DNA of 51,866 nt from Pseudohongiellaceae bacterium (GCA_044338875.1 JBIIWM010000001.1:1-51866); one strand, 5' to 3'; counted from the stretch's first letter, positions 1-10,537 are shown. The notes: generated by a model from the letters alone, not told the origin. Numbers and translations are program-made.

Positions 1-387
1 GGTTTTCTTGATATCTCCCGGCACCCCAGGCTCCTGGTCAGGGCCGGATACGCCAGGTGGGTCAGGCTTTTCTGCTCCATACTCAAAAATCATTCCCTGC
101 CCATTTTCCTTGGCATAGATCCCCATGATTGCCTCTGTTGGCACATAGACACGGGTTGGAATCCCGCCAAAACGCCCGTGGAACTCTACACCTTCATGCG
201 AGATCAACAGTGCCTGGACAGCTATAGGGGAAATATTGAGGACTATCTGGCCATCCTTGACGAAGTTCTGTGGAACTTCAACGCCCTTTTCGTAAGCGTT
301 AACAAGAATGTAGGGGGTGCAATTATTGTCCAGTATCCACTCATTCAAGGCTTTTACCAGGTATGAGCGGTGCGAGGTCATGGACAT
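1..387 (-). CDS. sspB: ClpXP adaptor / stringent starvation protein B (SspB). N-terminal 129 codons; the gene runs off the window start.
   Basis: Manual minus-strand translation from the ATG at 387 gives MSMTSHRSYLVKALNEWILDNNCTPYILVNAYEKGVEVPQNFVKDGQIVLNISP..., with no stop before position 1. It lies 22 nt downstream of sspA, as in the sspAB operon. It is missing from the ORF track because it is open-ended. Confidence 0.85.
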   Translation of the reverse strand, partial: MSMTSHRSYLVKALNEWILDNNCTPYILVNAYEKGVEVPQNFVKDGQIVLNISPIAVQALLISHEGVEFHGRFGGIPTRVYVPTEAIMGIYAKENGQGMIFEYGAEKPDPPGVSGPDQEPGVPGDIKKT

Positions 388-409
388 ACATTGCCCCCCG
401 TTTGCAACA

Positions 410-1045
410 TCAGGTACGCATCTCGCGTTCCTGTTCTGACAGGCTTGCCTGGATCGATTCACGCTCAAACAAACGTGCACGGTAATCAAGCAGGGGCTTG
501 GTTGCCTTGGTTTCCGGCAGACGAATGCCTATTTCCGGCAAACGCCAGAGAATCGGAAATACACAGCAATCAACGATGGTGAATTCATCGCTCATGAAGA
601 ATGGCTTCTCGGCAAATATGGGAGAAACGGAGATGATGCTTTCACGCAGTTCCTTGCGCGCCTTGTCGAGCTCGGCGGGAGTTCCATCTTCAGTCTGCAG
701 CTTCTCTACCAGATGGCTCCAGTCACGATCAATGCGGTAAATCCACAAACGACTCTGGGCCCTGGCTACCGGGTATACAGGAAACAATGGCGGATGCGGG
801 AAACGTTCATCCAGGTATTCCATCATGATGTTCGGCTCATACAACACCAGATCACGATCCACCAGGGTAGGCAGGCTGTTGTAAGGATTCAGAACCGCAA
901 GATCTTCCGGCTTGTCATAGATATCGACATCGACGATCTCGACTGTCACGCCCTTTTCCGCAAGAACAATACGAACACGATGGCTGAACTGGCTGCTGCC
1001 ATCGGAATAAAACAACATCGATGAGCGTTTGGTTACGACTGCCAT
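410..1045 (-). CDS. sspA: Stringent starvation protein A (GST-like RNAP-associated protein)
   Basis: 211 aa. It aligns along its whole length with E. coli SspA as I recall it (VRIVLAEKGV..., SLPTLVDRDL, IMEYLDERFPHPPLFPVYPVAR, ...EREMR). It sits in the position downstream of the bc1 genes. Confidence 0.95.
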   Translation of the reverse strand: MAVVTKRSSMLFYSDGSSQFSHRVRIVLAEKGVTVEIVDVDIYDKPEDLAVLNPYNSLPTLVDRDLVLYEPNIMMEYLDERFPHPPLFPVYPVARAQSRLWIYRIDRDWSHLVEKLQTEDGTPAELDKARKELRESIISVSPIFAEKPFFMSDEFTIVDCCVFPILWRLPEIGIRLPETKATKPLLDYRARLFERESIQASLSEQEREMRT

Positions 1046-1068
1046 AGTAAGGCCTCAAGCCAATTTGA

Positions 1069-3069
1069 TTAATGAACATCTTTCCAGTATTCGCGGTTCA
1101 GCATGAACACGAACACAAACAGGAAGGCCAGGAAGAACAATACATAGGCACCGATGGTTTCGCGGTGCATCCGCGCAGGTTCGCCCAGATAGGTCAGGAA
1201 ATTAACCAAATCATAGACCACTTTATCGAACTCTTCTTCCGAAAGGGCGCCAGTTCCTTCAACGTGAACCGTGTCGCTGCAGTGCTCTTCCGCACAAGGC
1301 AGCTGATTACCCTGCAAACCACCCAGCGCATTGGGCATCCCAACGTTGGGGAACACGGTATTGTTGACGCCGAAAGGACGGCTGGAATCAAGGTAGAACC
1401 CATTCAGGTAACCATACAACCAGTCTGATCCGCGCACCCTGGCAACCAGAGTGAGATCAGGAGGCGCCACACCAAACCAGTTTTTGGACTGCTCTTCCGG
1501 CATGGCGCTGACCATCAGGTCACCGATGCTGGCATCCGCATCGAACACCATTGACTCCATCATCAGTGATTCTGGGATGCCCAGATCGCTGGCTACGCGG
1601 TTATAGCGCGAATATTGCGCGCTGTGGCAACCCATGCAGTAGTTGATGAAGGTAGCGGCACCAGACTGCAGGGAGGCCTTGTCGTCAAGATTGACATGAA
1701 AAGGCTCCAGTTCTACTTCGGACTCTGCAGCCACCGCCTTCAACGGCAGGAAGATCAGGCCCGCAATGAGCGCCAATGCCAGCAGCAACTGTGGAATTGA
1801 AATGAAACGCCCGGTGACACGCTCTGGCGGTGTAGTGGTCTTTTCTTTACGCGTGTACCAGGGCATGGCGAGGAAGAACACGAAATAATAGACCGTACAG
1901 ATCTGTGCAAGCGTCGTGCGTGGCCCTGTTGCAATCATGGTCCCAAGTACGCCCAGAAGGACGAAACTGACCACGAACAACAGCAAACTAATGCGACTGT
2001 ACCAACCCTTGTAGCGCATGGACTTGACCGGGCTGCGATCCAGCCAGGGCACCACGAACAAGATCGCAATGGCCAGACCCATGACGATCATGCCCCACAT
2101 CTTGGCGTCAAAGCCCAGGAAGGGGTAAGTGACTGCACGCAGCATTGAGTAGAACGGCGTGAAATACCACACCGGCGCAATGTGCGCAGGGGTCTTCAAG
2201 TTGTTGGCTTCCTCAAAATTGGCGTGTTCAAGGAAATAACCGCCCATTTCCGGCATGAAGAAAATCACATAGCAAAACACGAACAGGAAGACCACGATGC
2301 CGACAAGATCGTGCACGGTGTAGTAAGGATGGAACGCAATGCCGTCCAGAGGAATGCCGTTGGCGTCCTTGTGCTTCTTGATTTCGATACCGTCCGGATT
2401 ATTGGAACCGACTTCATGCAAGGCAAGAATGTGCAGAACCACGAGGCCAATCAGTACTATTGGCAATGCGACGACATGCAATGCAAAGAAGCGGTTCATG
2501 GTGGCACCGGAAATCAGGAAGTCGCCCTGTATCCACACCATCAGGTCCTGGCCAATCACAGGAATGGCACCAAACAGACTTACGATTACGTTGGCCCCCC
2601 AATAGGACATCTGGCCCCAGGGCAGCACATAGCCCATGAAACCTTCAGCCATAAGCACCAGATAAATGGTCATGCCAAAAATCCAGATCAGCTCGCGCGG
2701 CTTTTGATATGAGCCATACATCAGGCCCCTGAACATGTGCAAGTACACGACTACGAAAAACGCCGAAGCACCGGTGGAATGCATATAGCGCAGGATCCAG
2801 CCGAAATCGACATCACGCATGATGTATTCGACGGAAGCAAAAGCGCCATCAGCACTGGTATTGAAATTCATGGTCAGCCAGATGCCAGTCAGCAACTGAT
2901 TGACGAGCACTACCATCGACAGCACGCCGAAGAGATACCAGAAGTTGAAATTCTTCGGGGCGTAGTACTTGCTCATGTGCTTTTCGAATGCCTGGGTCAC
3001 AGGCAAGCGGGCATCGATCCAGCCCATTAAACCTTTGCGTTCGATTTTATTGTCGCTGCCAGCCATCAT
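1069..3069 (-). CDS. Fused cytochrome b / cytochrome c1 of the ubiquinol-cytochrome c reductase (bc1 complex)
   Basis: One 666-aa ORF. The first ~425 aa are cytochrome b (multi-TM, FNFWYLFG, heme-ligand histidines). An internal signal-like hydrophobic segment follows (ISIPQLLLALALIAGLIFLPLKAVAAE). Then comes a c1 domain with the CMGCHS heme motif and a C-terminal TM anchor. The start overlaps the petA stop (ATGA). Confidence 0.9.
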   Translation of the reverse strand: MMAGSDNKIERKGLMGWIDARLPVTQAFEKHMSKYYAPKNFNFWYLFGVLSMVVLVNQLLTGIWLTMNFNTSADGAFASVEYIMRDVDFGWILRYMHSTGASAFFVVVYLHMFRGLMYGSYQKPRELIWIFGMTIYLVLMAEGFMGYVLPWGQMSYWGANVIVSLFGAIPVIGQDLMVWIQGDFLISGATMNRFFALHVVALPIVLIGLVVLHILALHEVGSNNPDGIEIKKHKDANGIPLDGIAFHPYYTVHDLVGIVVFLFVFCYVIFFMPEMGGYFLEHANFEEANNLKTPAHIAPVWYFTPFYSMLRAVTYPFLGFDAKMWGMIVMGLAIAILFVVPWLDRSPVKSMRYKGWYSRISLLLFVVSFVLLGVLGTMIATGPRTTLAQICTVYYFVFFLAMPWYTRKEKTTTPPERVTGRFISIPQLLLALALIAGLIFLPLKAVAAESEVELEPFHVNLDDKASLQSGAATFINYCMGCHSAQYSRYNRVASDLGIPESLMMESMVFDADASIGDLMVSAMPEEQSKNWFGVAPPDLTLVARVRGSDWLYGYLNGFYLDSSRPFGVNNTVFPNVGMPNALGGLQGNQLPCAEEHCSDTVHVEGTGALSEEEFDKVVYDLVNFLTYLGEPARMHRETIGAYVLFFLAFLFVFVFMLNREYWKDVH

Positions 3070-3668
3070 GAATTCTCCGCATCAAGCCCGATTACTATTA
3101 CGTTGTCGTTAACAAAGTAATGGGGCGGAACCCTGAGGTTGTCCGGTGCAGGCACGCCGCGGTAAACGCGTCCGGCCAGATCGAACATGGAACCGTGGCA
3201 AGGACAGAAGAAACCGCCCTTCCACTCAGGATCAAAATCCTGGGGCTGAACTTCAGCAAACATTTGCGGCGAACAGCCAAGGTGGGTGCACAGACCCACC
3301 AGAATCATGAGTTCGGGCTTGCGTGAGCGGAATTCGTTCTGTGCGTAGGTCGGCTGCTGATCCACTTTCTCGGAATTGGGGTCAGCGAGATGATCCGTGC
3401 TGTCACGCAGAATGGCCAGAGTGGCCTCATCCCTGCGCATCACAAATACCGGCTGGCCGCGCCAGGCGGGCATGGGGCCCAGAAGTTCGCCAGGTTCGAG
3501 ACGACTGATATCGATAGTGATCGGAGCGCCCGCTGCCAATGCCTTGGCGCTTGGATTCCATGAACCCACAAAGGGGACTGCGGCACCTACGCCACCGGCT
3601 GCACCAACAAGTGAGGTACTTCCGATCAAAAAGCGTCTGCGGCCCTTGTTTGCAGTGCCGTCATTCAC
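3066..3668 (-). CDS. petA: Ubiquinol-cytochrome c reductase Rieske iron-sulfur subunit
   Basis: 200 aa with a Tat-type RRRFLIGS signal and the Rieske motifs CTHLGC and CPCHGS. Confidence 0.93.
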   Translation of the reverse strand: MNDGTANKGRRRFLIGSTSLVGAAGGVGAAVPFVGSWNPSAKALAAGAPITIDISRLEPGELLGPMPAWRGQPVFVMRRDEATLAILRDSTDHLADPNSEKVDQQPTYAQNEFRSRKPELMILVGLCTHLGCSPQMFAEVQPQDFDPEWKGGFFCPCHGSMFDLAGRVYRGVPAPDNLRVPPHYFVNDNVIVIGLDAENS

Positions 3669-3791
3669 GATTTTTCTCCTTTATTTGCCTTCCGGGAACC
3701 CGGTCGGATTACTGAATAGAAAACGCCGCGCATGCTACTAAAAACAGGGGGCCTATTCAAGGACGACTACAGACCATGACAGCCCAGCAGC

Positions 3792-3831
3792 ACAAAAAAA
3801 AAACGCCGGAACCCTTGGGTTTCCGGCGTTT
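3792..3831 (-). terminator. Rho-independent terminator after rpsI
   Basis: On the minus strand, the GC-rich hairpin AACGCCGGAAACCC/GGGUUCCGGCGUU is followed by a run of 9 U (A-run 3793-3801 on the plus strand). Confidence 0.8.
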
Positions 3832-3855
3832 TCTTCGCAATCGATACCGAGCCGA

Positions 3856-4248
3856 TTAACGCTTGGAGTACTGTGGTCTCTTGCGAGCTTTACGCAGGCC
3901 CACTTTCTTCCTTTCAACTTCGCGCGAGTCGCGTGTTACAAAACCGGCTTTGCGCAGGATAGGACGATTGGCTTCGTCATATTCCATCAAGGCGCGGGTC
4001 AAACCGTGGCGAATGGCGCCGGCCTGACCGAAGCTACCACCACCAGCAACAGTAGCATTGATATCGAATTTACCAACGATTTCCAGCAGTTCCAGTGGCT
4101 GACGCACGATCATGCGAGCTACTTCGCGACCAAAATAGCCGTCCAGAGTACGATCATTGATCGTGATATTGCCAGTGCCTGGGGTAAGGAACACACGGGC
4201 GGTTGAAGTTTTGCGGCGCCCAGTGCCGTAATATTGAGTAGAAGCCAT
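3856..4248 (-). CDS. rpsI: 30S ribosomal protein S9
   Basis: 130 aa; YYGTGRRK...[15 protein letters not shown]...[18 protein letters not shown]. Confidence 0.97.
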   Translation of the reverse strand: MASTQYYGTGRRKTSTARVFLTPGTGNITINDRTLDGYFGREVARMIVRQPLELLEIVGKFDINATVAGGGSFGQAGAIRHGLTRALMEYDEANRPILRKAGFVTRDSREVERKKVGLRKARKRPQYSKR

Positions 4249-4270
4249 CGGTTACTGAATCCTGATCAAA

Positions 4271-4702
4271 TCAAAAGGTTAATGGGGCGGGCTGTTGGGC
4301 AGCATGCGGATGTTGTTCGCCGGCATAGACCTTGAGCTTGCTCATCATGTCACGACCGAGGGGGGTACGGGGAACCATGCCCTTGACAGCCAGCTTGATG
4401 GCATCTTCAGGGGTGCCGCCACCAACGATTTCGTTGAAGGAACGGGTACGCAGGCCGCCTGGATACTGGGAGTGGCTATAGTACAGCTTGGTTCTGCCTT
4501 TGGTACCAGTCACTGCTACTTTTTCAGCATTGATCACGATGATGTAATCGCCGGTATCCACATGCGGGGTGTATTCCGGCTTGTGTTTGCCACGCAAATA
4601 GTGGGCGATGGACGCTGACAAGCGACCAAGGGTCTGTCCGGCGGCATCAACCACGAACCAACTGTGCTGCGCGGTTTCTTTTTTGGCAGAAAAGGTTTTC
4701 AT
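4271..4702 (-). CDS. rplM: 50S ribosomal protein L13
   Basis: 143 aa; [20 protein letters not shown]..., with the typical rplM-rpsI pairing. Confidence 0.97.
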   Translation of the reverse strand: MKTFSAKKETAQHSWFVVDAAGQTLGRLSASIAHYLRGKHKPEYTPHVDTGDYIIVINAEKVAVTGTKGRTKLYYSHSQYPGGLRTRSFNEIVGGGTPEDAIKLAVKGMVPRTPLGRDMMSKLKVYAGEQHPHAAQQPAPLTF

Positions 4703-5065
4703 TGTCTGTATCTCTTTGTCTCATCAAGTAAGGCAGCTTTTTCCTGAAATCCCCGTGGAGCACCCCTGGATTTGCCCAAGGTTTTCCCGAAAACTCCTGT
4801 CCTGGTGCTCTGAAAACCCCTGACGGGATCAGATCTCACGACTGCAAAGCTACCCGTAATTCAATATATGTCGGGCTACACCCGGCATTCCGACTGGTTT
4901 TTGTGCCGATCTCCCGGCCTTGAATAGCGCACTTGGAGACCGCCCAACATTGGGCCGGTTATCAGGGGCGCGAATTCTACCGGCCAGCTCCAACTGTTTC
5001 AAGCCTTCTTTGGCTTTTTTACTTGCGCTGGGCTCTTCCCCAAGCCCCATGACGGTGAAATCACT

Positions 5066-6193
5066 TCAATCGGGGTGATGAGCACCTGCCAGATACTCAC
5101 TTGTTTGCATTTCCAGCATCCGGCTCACTGTCCGCTGAAAGGCAAAATGCAAATCCTGTCCCTGGTACAAAACATCCAGCCCTGCTGCTGCCGAAACCAC
5201 CAATTTGACGCCATGATCATAAAATTCGTCCACCATCGTAATGAAACGGCGCGCTTCATCCTCACGCGCCTCGCCGAACCTGGGGATATCAGAAACAAAG
5301 ACCGTGTGATACTGCCGCGCGAGCTCTATATAGTCAGCTGCTCCTCGCGCGCCCCGACACAACATTGCAAAATCGAACCAGACAACCCCCTCTGCCCAAC
5401 GCAAGACAGTCAGTTGGCGCCCCTCAATCTCAAGCACCTTCGCAGTTTCAACATGCAAGCCCCTGGTAAGTTCCTCGAAAAGCACCTTCAATGCGTTGGT
5501 GCTGTGCTGATCCAGGGGCGTCAGATACACCGGCACCTTATTCAGTGACTGCAGCCGATAATCGATTCCACCTTCAATGTTAACTACCTGGGTGTGCTGC
5601 TTGAGCAAGGCAATGGCAGGCAAGAACTTCTGCCGCTGGAGTCCTCGCTCATAGAGCTTGCCGGGCTCTATATTGGAAGTGGCAACAAGAAGCACCCCTT
5701 CTTCGAACAAGGTTTCCAGCAAATTGGCCAGAATCATGGCGTCCCCGATATCCGCTACATAAAATTCATCAAAACAAATTACATCCACCTGCTGCGCCAG
5801 CTTGCGGGCAACCTGCACCAATGGGTCACTACGCCCTTTTTCTTCATGCAGCCTTGCATGAACCATCAACATGAACCTGTGAAAATGCATGCGCAATTTG
5901 CGTTCGCCGGGCAAAGCATGAAAGAACAGATCCATCAGGTAAGTTTTACCGCGGCCCACTCCACCCCAGAAATACAAGCCTTTCATCTCGCTATTGCGGG
6001 CATTGATCCCGAAAAACCCACGAACCCTGACCGAAAAAGCTGACGGCTTGCGCCATTTCCCAAGCAGAAATCGAAAACGTTTTTCGAGCTCAAGGACCGC
6101 TTGCAACTGTGCTGCATCAGCCCGGATTACGCCGCGCTCCAGATCCGACCGATAGATCACGTCGGGTCCTGTATTGGAGGTACTTTCTTTCAA
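5066..6193 (-). CDS. zapE: Cell division protein ZapE (AFG1-like ATPase)
   Basis: 375 aa with Walker A GGVGRGKTYLMD and Walker B VICFDEF. It lies adjacent to rplM and zapG, as E. coli yhcM does. Confidence 0.9.
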   Translation of the reverse strand: MKESTSNTGPDVIYRSDLERGVIRADAAQLQAVLELEKRFRFLLGKWRKPSAFSVRVRGFFGINARNSEMKGLYFWGGVGRGKTYLMDLFFHALPGERKLRMHFHRFMLMVHARLHEEKGRSDPLVQVARKLAQQVDVICFDEFYVADIGDAMILANLLETLFEEGVLLVATSNIEPGKLYERGLQRQKFLPAIALLKQHTQVVNIEGGIDYRLQSLNKVPVYLTPLDQHSTNALKVLFEELTRGLHVETAKVLEIEGRQLTVLRWAEGVVWFDFAMLCRGARGAADYIELARQYHTVFVSDIPRFGEAREDEARRFITMVDEFYDHGVKLVVSAAAGLDVLYQGQDLHFAFQRTVSRMLEMQTSEYLAGAHHPD

Positions 6194-6291
6194 AGGCTAA
6201 TTCCCATGGGCTGGTCTGGTCTGGCGCCAATTATAGGTATAATCACCGTGAGCCTGCCAAATGCAGGCAGCTAGCAAGCTGGAGTCTGTAA

Positions 6292-6750
6292 ATGAGCTGG
6301 ATAATCGGTATCGTAAGTTTCCTGGTGGGCGCAGCGGCAGGAGCTTTGCTGTTCAGGACCTTCCGATCGGATGAGGTGAAGGTCAAGGATCTGGAGGATC
6401 GCCTGAAAAAACTCAGCGAAGAACATGAAAACTACAAAGACAGTGTTCATTCGCATTTCAACAACTCAGCCAAACTGCTGACAGACATGACCGAAAGCTA
6501 CCGGAATGTCTACCAGCATATGGCAATGGGCGCCCAGACGCTCTGTCCTGATTACATTTCCAGCCAGCTCAGCCTGAGCTCAGAGGCGAAAGCCCTGCTG
6601 GACAAGGACTCATTCGGGCTCAATGGCAGCGATACACAGAATCTGCACATATCCCGGGAACCACCGCTGGATTATGCGGCCAAGCCCGGGCCGGACAAAA
6701 AAAGCGCCTTCGCCGAAGACTACGGGATTGAAAGACCCGCAGATTATTAG
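6292..6750 (+). CDS. zapG: Z-ring associated inner-membrane protein ZapG/YhcB (DUF1043)
   Basis: 152 aa with one N-terminal TM helix (WIIGIVSFLVGAAAGALLF) followed by a coiled-coil region. It lies next to zapE, as in enterobacteria. Confidence 0.8.
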   Translation: MSWIIGIVSFLVGAAAGALLFRTFRSDEVKVKDLEDRLKKLSEEHENYKDSVHSHFNNSAKLLTDMTESYRNVYQHMAMGAQTLCPDYISSQLSLSSEAKALLDKDSFGLNGSDTQNLHISREPPLDYAAKPGPDKKSAFAEDYGIERPADY

Positions 6751-6844
6751 GAGTTTTGCTTCTTTACCACTTGCCCTATAATTCTGCGCCACAAGCGCAA
6801 GGCCCAACGCGGGCCTTCTGAATTTCTCCTGATGCAGAACAGCA

Positions 6845-7753
6845 ATGACTGAGTACCGACTCACACACCTGAAACAACTGGAAGCCGAGAGCATCCATAT
6901 CATTCGCGAAGTAGCCGCGGAATTCGACAATCCGGTGATGCTGTATTCAATCGGCAAGGATTCAGCAGTCATGCTGCATCTCGCGATGAAGGCATTTTAT
7001 CCAGGCAAGCTGCCCTTTCCGCTGCTGCATGTTGATACCACCTGGAAATTCCGCGAAATGATCGAATTCCGCGACAACCTGGCGAAGAAATATGGCTTCG
7101 ACCTTCTGGTTCACATCAATCAGGAAGGTGTGGACGCAGGTGTTAACCCCTTCAGCCATGGCAGCCAGAAACATACCGATATCATGAAGACGCAGGGACT
7201 GAAGCAGGCGCTGAACAAATACAAATTTGACGCGGCTTTCGGGGGAGCGCGCCGGGACGAGGAAAAATCCCGCGCCAAGGAGCGCGTCTATTCATTCCGC
7301 GACAGAAACCATCGCTGGGATCCGAAAAACCAACGTCCCGAGCTATGGAACCTGTACAACGGCAAGATCAGCAAGGGGGAAAGCATTCGCGTGTTCCCGC
7401 TGTCCAACTGGACAGAGCTTGATATCTGGCAGTACATCCACCTGAACAATATCGAGATCCCTTCCCTGTATTTAGCTGCCGAGCGCCTCGTGGTTGATTA
7501 CGAAGGTGTCACCATCATGGTGAACGATGACCGCATTCCACCTGAGCTAATGAAGAATCCACGCAAGGAAATGGTACGGTTCCGCACGTTGGGCTGCTAT
7601 CCGCTTACCGGTGCCGTCCAGTCACACGCGACCACACTGCCTGAGATTATCCAGGAAATGCTTCTGGCTACCACATCGGAAAGACAAGGCCGCCTCATCG
7701 ACAGTGATTCGGCGGGCTCCATGGAACAGAAGAAACGCGAAGGTTACTTCTAG
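6845..7753 (+). CDS. cysD: Sulfate adenylyltransferase subunit 2
   Basis: 302 aa PAPS-reductase-fold protein ([15 protein letters not shown]..., SIGKDS motif), followed by cysN. Confidence 0.95.
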   Translation: MTEYRLTHLKQLEAESIHIIREVAAEFDNPVMLYSIGKDSAVMLHLAMKAFYPGKLPFPLLHVDTTWKFREMIEFRDNLAKKYGFDLLVHINQEGVDAGVNPFSHGSQKHTDIMKTQGLKQALNKYKFDAAFGGARRDEEKSRAKERVYSFRDRNHRWDPKNQRPELWNLYNGKISKGESIRVFPLSNWTELDIWQYIHLNNIEIPSLYLAAERLVVDYEGVTIMVNDDRIPPELMKNPRKEMVRFRTLGCYPLTGAVQSHATTLPEIIQEMLLATTSERQGRLIDSDSAGSMEQKKREGYF

Positions 7754-7841
7754 TCTGGCAACCAGGCTTCATAGATGGCAGTACAGTACCTGATTCTTGC
7801 ATCGACAATACACATTCAACCACCGGGATCGACCACCCATC

Positions 7842-9740
7842 ATGTCACACCAGTCAGATTTGATCAGCACCGACATCACCGCTTATCTCGCCCAGCATGA
7901 GCGCAAGGAACTGCTGCGCCTGCTTACGTGCGGCAGCGTGGATGATGGCAAAAGTACACTGATCGGCCGGCTCCTGCATGACTCCAAGATGATTTATGAA
8001 GATCAACTGGAAGCCATCAAGTCTGCCAGCATTAAATCCGGAACTACTGGAGACAAGGTCGACCTTGCGTTGCTGACTGACGGCTTGCAGGCAGAACGCG
8101 AACAAGGCATCACCATTGATGTTGCCTACCGATATTTTTCCACCGCCAAACGCAAGTTCATCATTGCCGACACACCCGGCCACGAGCAATACACTCGCAA
8201 CATGGCCACCGGTGCTTCCAACTGCGAATTGGCAATCATCCTTATCGATGCTCGTTATGGCGTCATGACACAGACCAGGCGCCACACCTTCATCGCCTCG
8301 CTGTTGGGGATTCGGCACATCGTGGTTGCCATCAACAAGATGGATCTGAAGAATTACGATCAGGATGTTTTCAACAATATCAAAGCTGACTTCCTGGATT
8401 TCACGACGGATCTTGCTACCGGCGAACTCACTTTTATCCCGATTTCGGCACTCAACGGCGACAATGTGGTCAATCCCAGCGAGCATCTTTCCTGGTATGA
8501 CGGCCCGACCCTGATGCAAATTCTGGAAAATGTCCAAATCGCTGGTGATCGCAATTTCGACGACTTCCGCTTCCCTGTGCAATATGTGAACCGGCCCAAC
8601 CTCAATTTCAGGGGTTATTGCGGCACTATCGCGTCCGGCATCGTCCACAAAGGCGATGTGGTAATGGCACTTCCCTCGGGAAAAACCAGCCGCATCAAAT
8701 CCATTGTTACCCAGGATGAAGAACTGGAATCAGCTTACCCCCCAATGGCCGTGACGCTGACTCTCGAAGATGAAATTGATGTCAGCCGCGGTGATCAATT
8801 GGTGCATCCTGGCAACTTGCCGGTCTCCCGCGACAGTGTTACTGCAACTGTTGTATGGATGAGTGAAGCGCGCATGCTTCCTGGCAAACAATACAATTTC
8901 AAGCACACTACCCGATCGCTCACCGGACATGTGAACGTCATCAATTTCAAGATCGACGTCAATACGCTTGAACATTCAGCGGCTCCGGCCCTTGAGTTGA
9001 ACGAGATTGGCCAGTGCGAAATCAATTTTGACCAGTCACTGCATTTTGACCCCTATAAAACCAACAGAACCACCGGCTCCTTCATCATCATTGATCGCCT
9101 GACCAACGTTACCATTGGTGCCGGGATGATTGATGGGGATAGTGACAGGGCACGTGGCAGTGAAGCCAAACACGGGCATGTGACTCCTGCAGAACGTGCT
9201 GCGCGCTTTGGCCAGAAACCGGCAACAGTAATGTTCGTGGGATTGTCCGGCGCAGGCAAATCAACGCTCGCCCATGCACTGGAACGAAGATTGTTCGACA
9301 TGGGCCGGGTCAGCAGCGTTCTGGATGGAAAGGCTATGCGTCTTGGGCTCAGCAAGGATCTGGCTCACGATGCTGCCGGTCGCGCCGAGAATCTGCGTCG
9401 CAGCGCATTCATTGCCAGATACCTGAATGATTCAGGCTTGATCTGCTGTGCCGCTTTCGTCGCTGCAAGCGAGGAAGCCCGTCAGCATACGCTCAGCGTC
9501 ATCGGAAAAGACAATTGCATAGTCGTCTATCTCAACCCGCCCCTGGCCGTATGCCAGCAGCGCGATCCCAGTGGCATTTATGCCGCAGAAATGAACCAGC
9601 CGCGTGGCAACGTTCCGGGCATTTCATTCCCGTATGAAGAGCCATCGGACCCAGACCTGATCTTGCCCACGCACGAACTCGACATTGATGCCTGCATTGA
9701 TCGCGTACTGAATGTACTCAAGGAAAAAGAGGTGCTTTGA
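7842..9740 (+). CDS. cysNC: Bifunctional-type CysNC: sulfate adenylyltransferase subunit 1 (GTPase) fused to an APS-kinase-like domain
   Basis: The N-terminal part is a translational-GTPase fold ([18 protein letters not shown]). The C-terminal ~190 aa are APS-kinase-like (GLSGAGKST). The start is taken at the ATG for MSHQSDL; the ORF track begins 15 codons earlier. Confidence 0.9.
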   Translation: MSHQSDLISTDITAYLAQHERKELLRLLTCGSVDDGKSTLIGRLLHDSKMIYEDQLEAIKSASIKSGTTGDKVDLALLTDGLQAEREQGITIDVAYRYFSTAKRKFIIADTPGHEQYTRNMATGASNCELAIILIDARYGVMTQTRRHTFIASLLGIRHIVVAINKMDLKNYDQDVFNNIKADFLDFTTDLATGELTFIPISALNGDNVVNPSEHLSWYDGPTLMQILENVQIAGDRNFDDFRFPVQYVNRPNLNFRGYCGTIASGIVHKGDVVMALPSGKTSRIKSIVTQDEELESAYPPMAVTLTLEDEIDVSRGDQLVHPGNLPVSRDSVTATVVWMSEARMLPGKQYNFKHTTRSLTGHVNVINFKIDVNTLEHSAAPALELNEIGQCEINFDQSLHFDPYKTNRTTGSFIIIDRLTNVTIGAGMIDGDSDRARGSEAKHGHVTPAERAARFGQKPATVMFVGLSGAGKSTLAHALERRLFDMGRVSSVLDGKAMRLGLSKDLAHDAAGRAENLRRSAFIARYLNDSGLICCAAFVAASEEARQHTLSVIGKDNCIVVYLNPPLAVCQQRDPSGIYAAEMNQPRGNVPGISFPYEEPSDPDLILPTHELDIDACIDRVLNVLKEKEVL

Positions 9741-9803
9741 AGCAAACGCCTAAAGGCATTTGCGGGAACCTAACCTCTGCAGGGAAAATGCTTTTGATGT
9801 CAG

Positions 9804-10433
9804 TCAGAGGCAGTTCTTGCAGAAAGCACGCAGAAAATCTTCTACTGTTTCGAGGCTGCGCTTGTTGATTTCTTCGGCGCTCAGCGGCGCTTGTACACCA
9901 CATTCCCGTTGCAGCATCGTTCTGTGCAACACCATTGAAATGAAGTAACGGCTCAATTTGTCCACGCCGAAGTCACTTTCAGGCTGGTAGTGCTCAAACA
10001 AGCGCACCAGGTTCTGGTAAGCAATATCAGGACCTGACGTGAAGTAGTGGCTACCGACCTTGGAGCCATTGGCCGCCATTTGGAAGATCAGCCTTCTCAG
10101 GGCCAGGGTGCGATCATTGGAGGCGACGCGCAAGGTCGCATCAGCCAGCGCAAACAGTGCATCCCGGATAGATTTGCCATCAAAATTGCTGGTGGTCTCC
10201 AACATCCCGCGCCGGTAAACCGTTAATTCACGCTCCACTACTGCAAGAAACAAATCTTCCTTGCTGCCGAAATAGCGGTAAATCGATTCCTTGGAGATGC
10301 ACGCCTCGCGCGCCATGACATTGATACTGGTTCCGTCATAGCCCTTGACCAAAAAGGTTTCACTTGCAATATCAAGGACTTCCTCACGCTTGTCAGCACT
10401 GCGTGGTTTTAGCTGGGAAATACTGGCGGTCAT
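9804..10433 (-). CDS. TetR/AcrR family transcriptional regulator
   Basis: 209 aa with an N-terminal TetR HTH (ETFLVKGYDGTSINVMAREACISKESIYRYFGSKEDLF). Confidence 0.85.
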   Translation of the reverse strand: MTASISQLKPRSADKREEVLDIASETFLVKGYDGTSINVMAREACISKESIYRYFGSKEDLFLAVVERELTVYRRGMLETTSNFDGKSIRDALFALADATLRVASNDRTLALRRLIFQMAANGSKVGSHYFTSGPDIAYQNLVRLFEHYQPESDFGVDKLSRYFISMVLHRTMLQRECGVQAPLSAEEINKRSLETVEDFLRAFCKNCL

Positions 10434-10537
10434 GTCTGCCTCACTTCAAAACTACTTAACTGACTGGCACCGTCCAATCCGGACCGTAAATTTACTGCGA
10501 AACCACCCACTCTGTGAACTGGTTCGACAAAAAGAGC

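Noticed and set aside
4850-5050. 66-aa basic ORF between zapE and rplM, and a weak hairpin with a T-run around 4998-5024.
   Set aside because: It has no RBS and no recognisable family, and it lies in the expected rplM promoter and leader region. The hairpin stem is only 5 bp and faces a strand with no upstream gene.
7797-7841. Longer 5' extensions offered by the ORF track for cysNC (7797), the protease (20828), ptsN (31863), the MetY-like gene (39620), gluQ (42464), dksA (TTG 41506), yciH (20774) and the ACAD (13032).
   Set aside because: The extensions overlap upstream genes or add residues with no homology. Internal starts with better RBS context reproduce the canonical N-termini.
9742-9763. 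Imperfect hairpin (GCAAACGCC-TAAA-GGCATTTGC) between the convergent cysNC and TetR genes, as a possible terminator. A similar weak stem lies at 20017-20038 after the YciI-like gene.
   Set aside because: The stems contain mismatches and are not followed by a convincing U-tract on either strand. Confidence is too low to list them as features.
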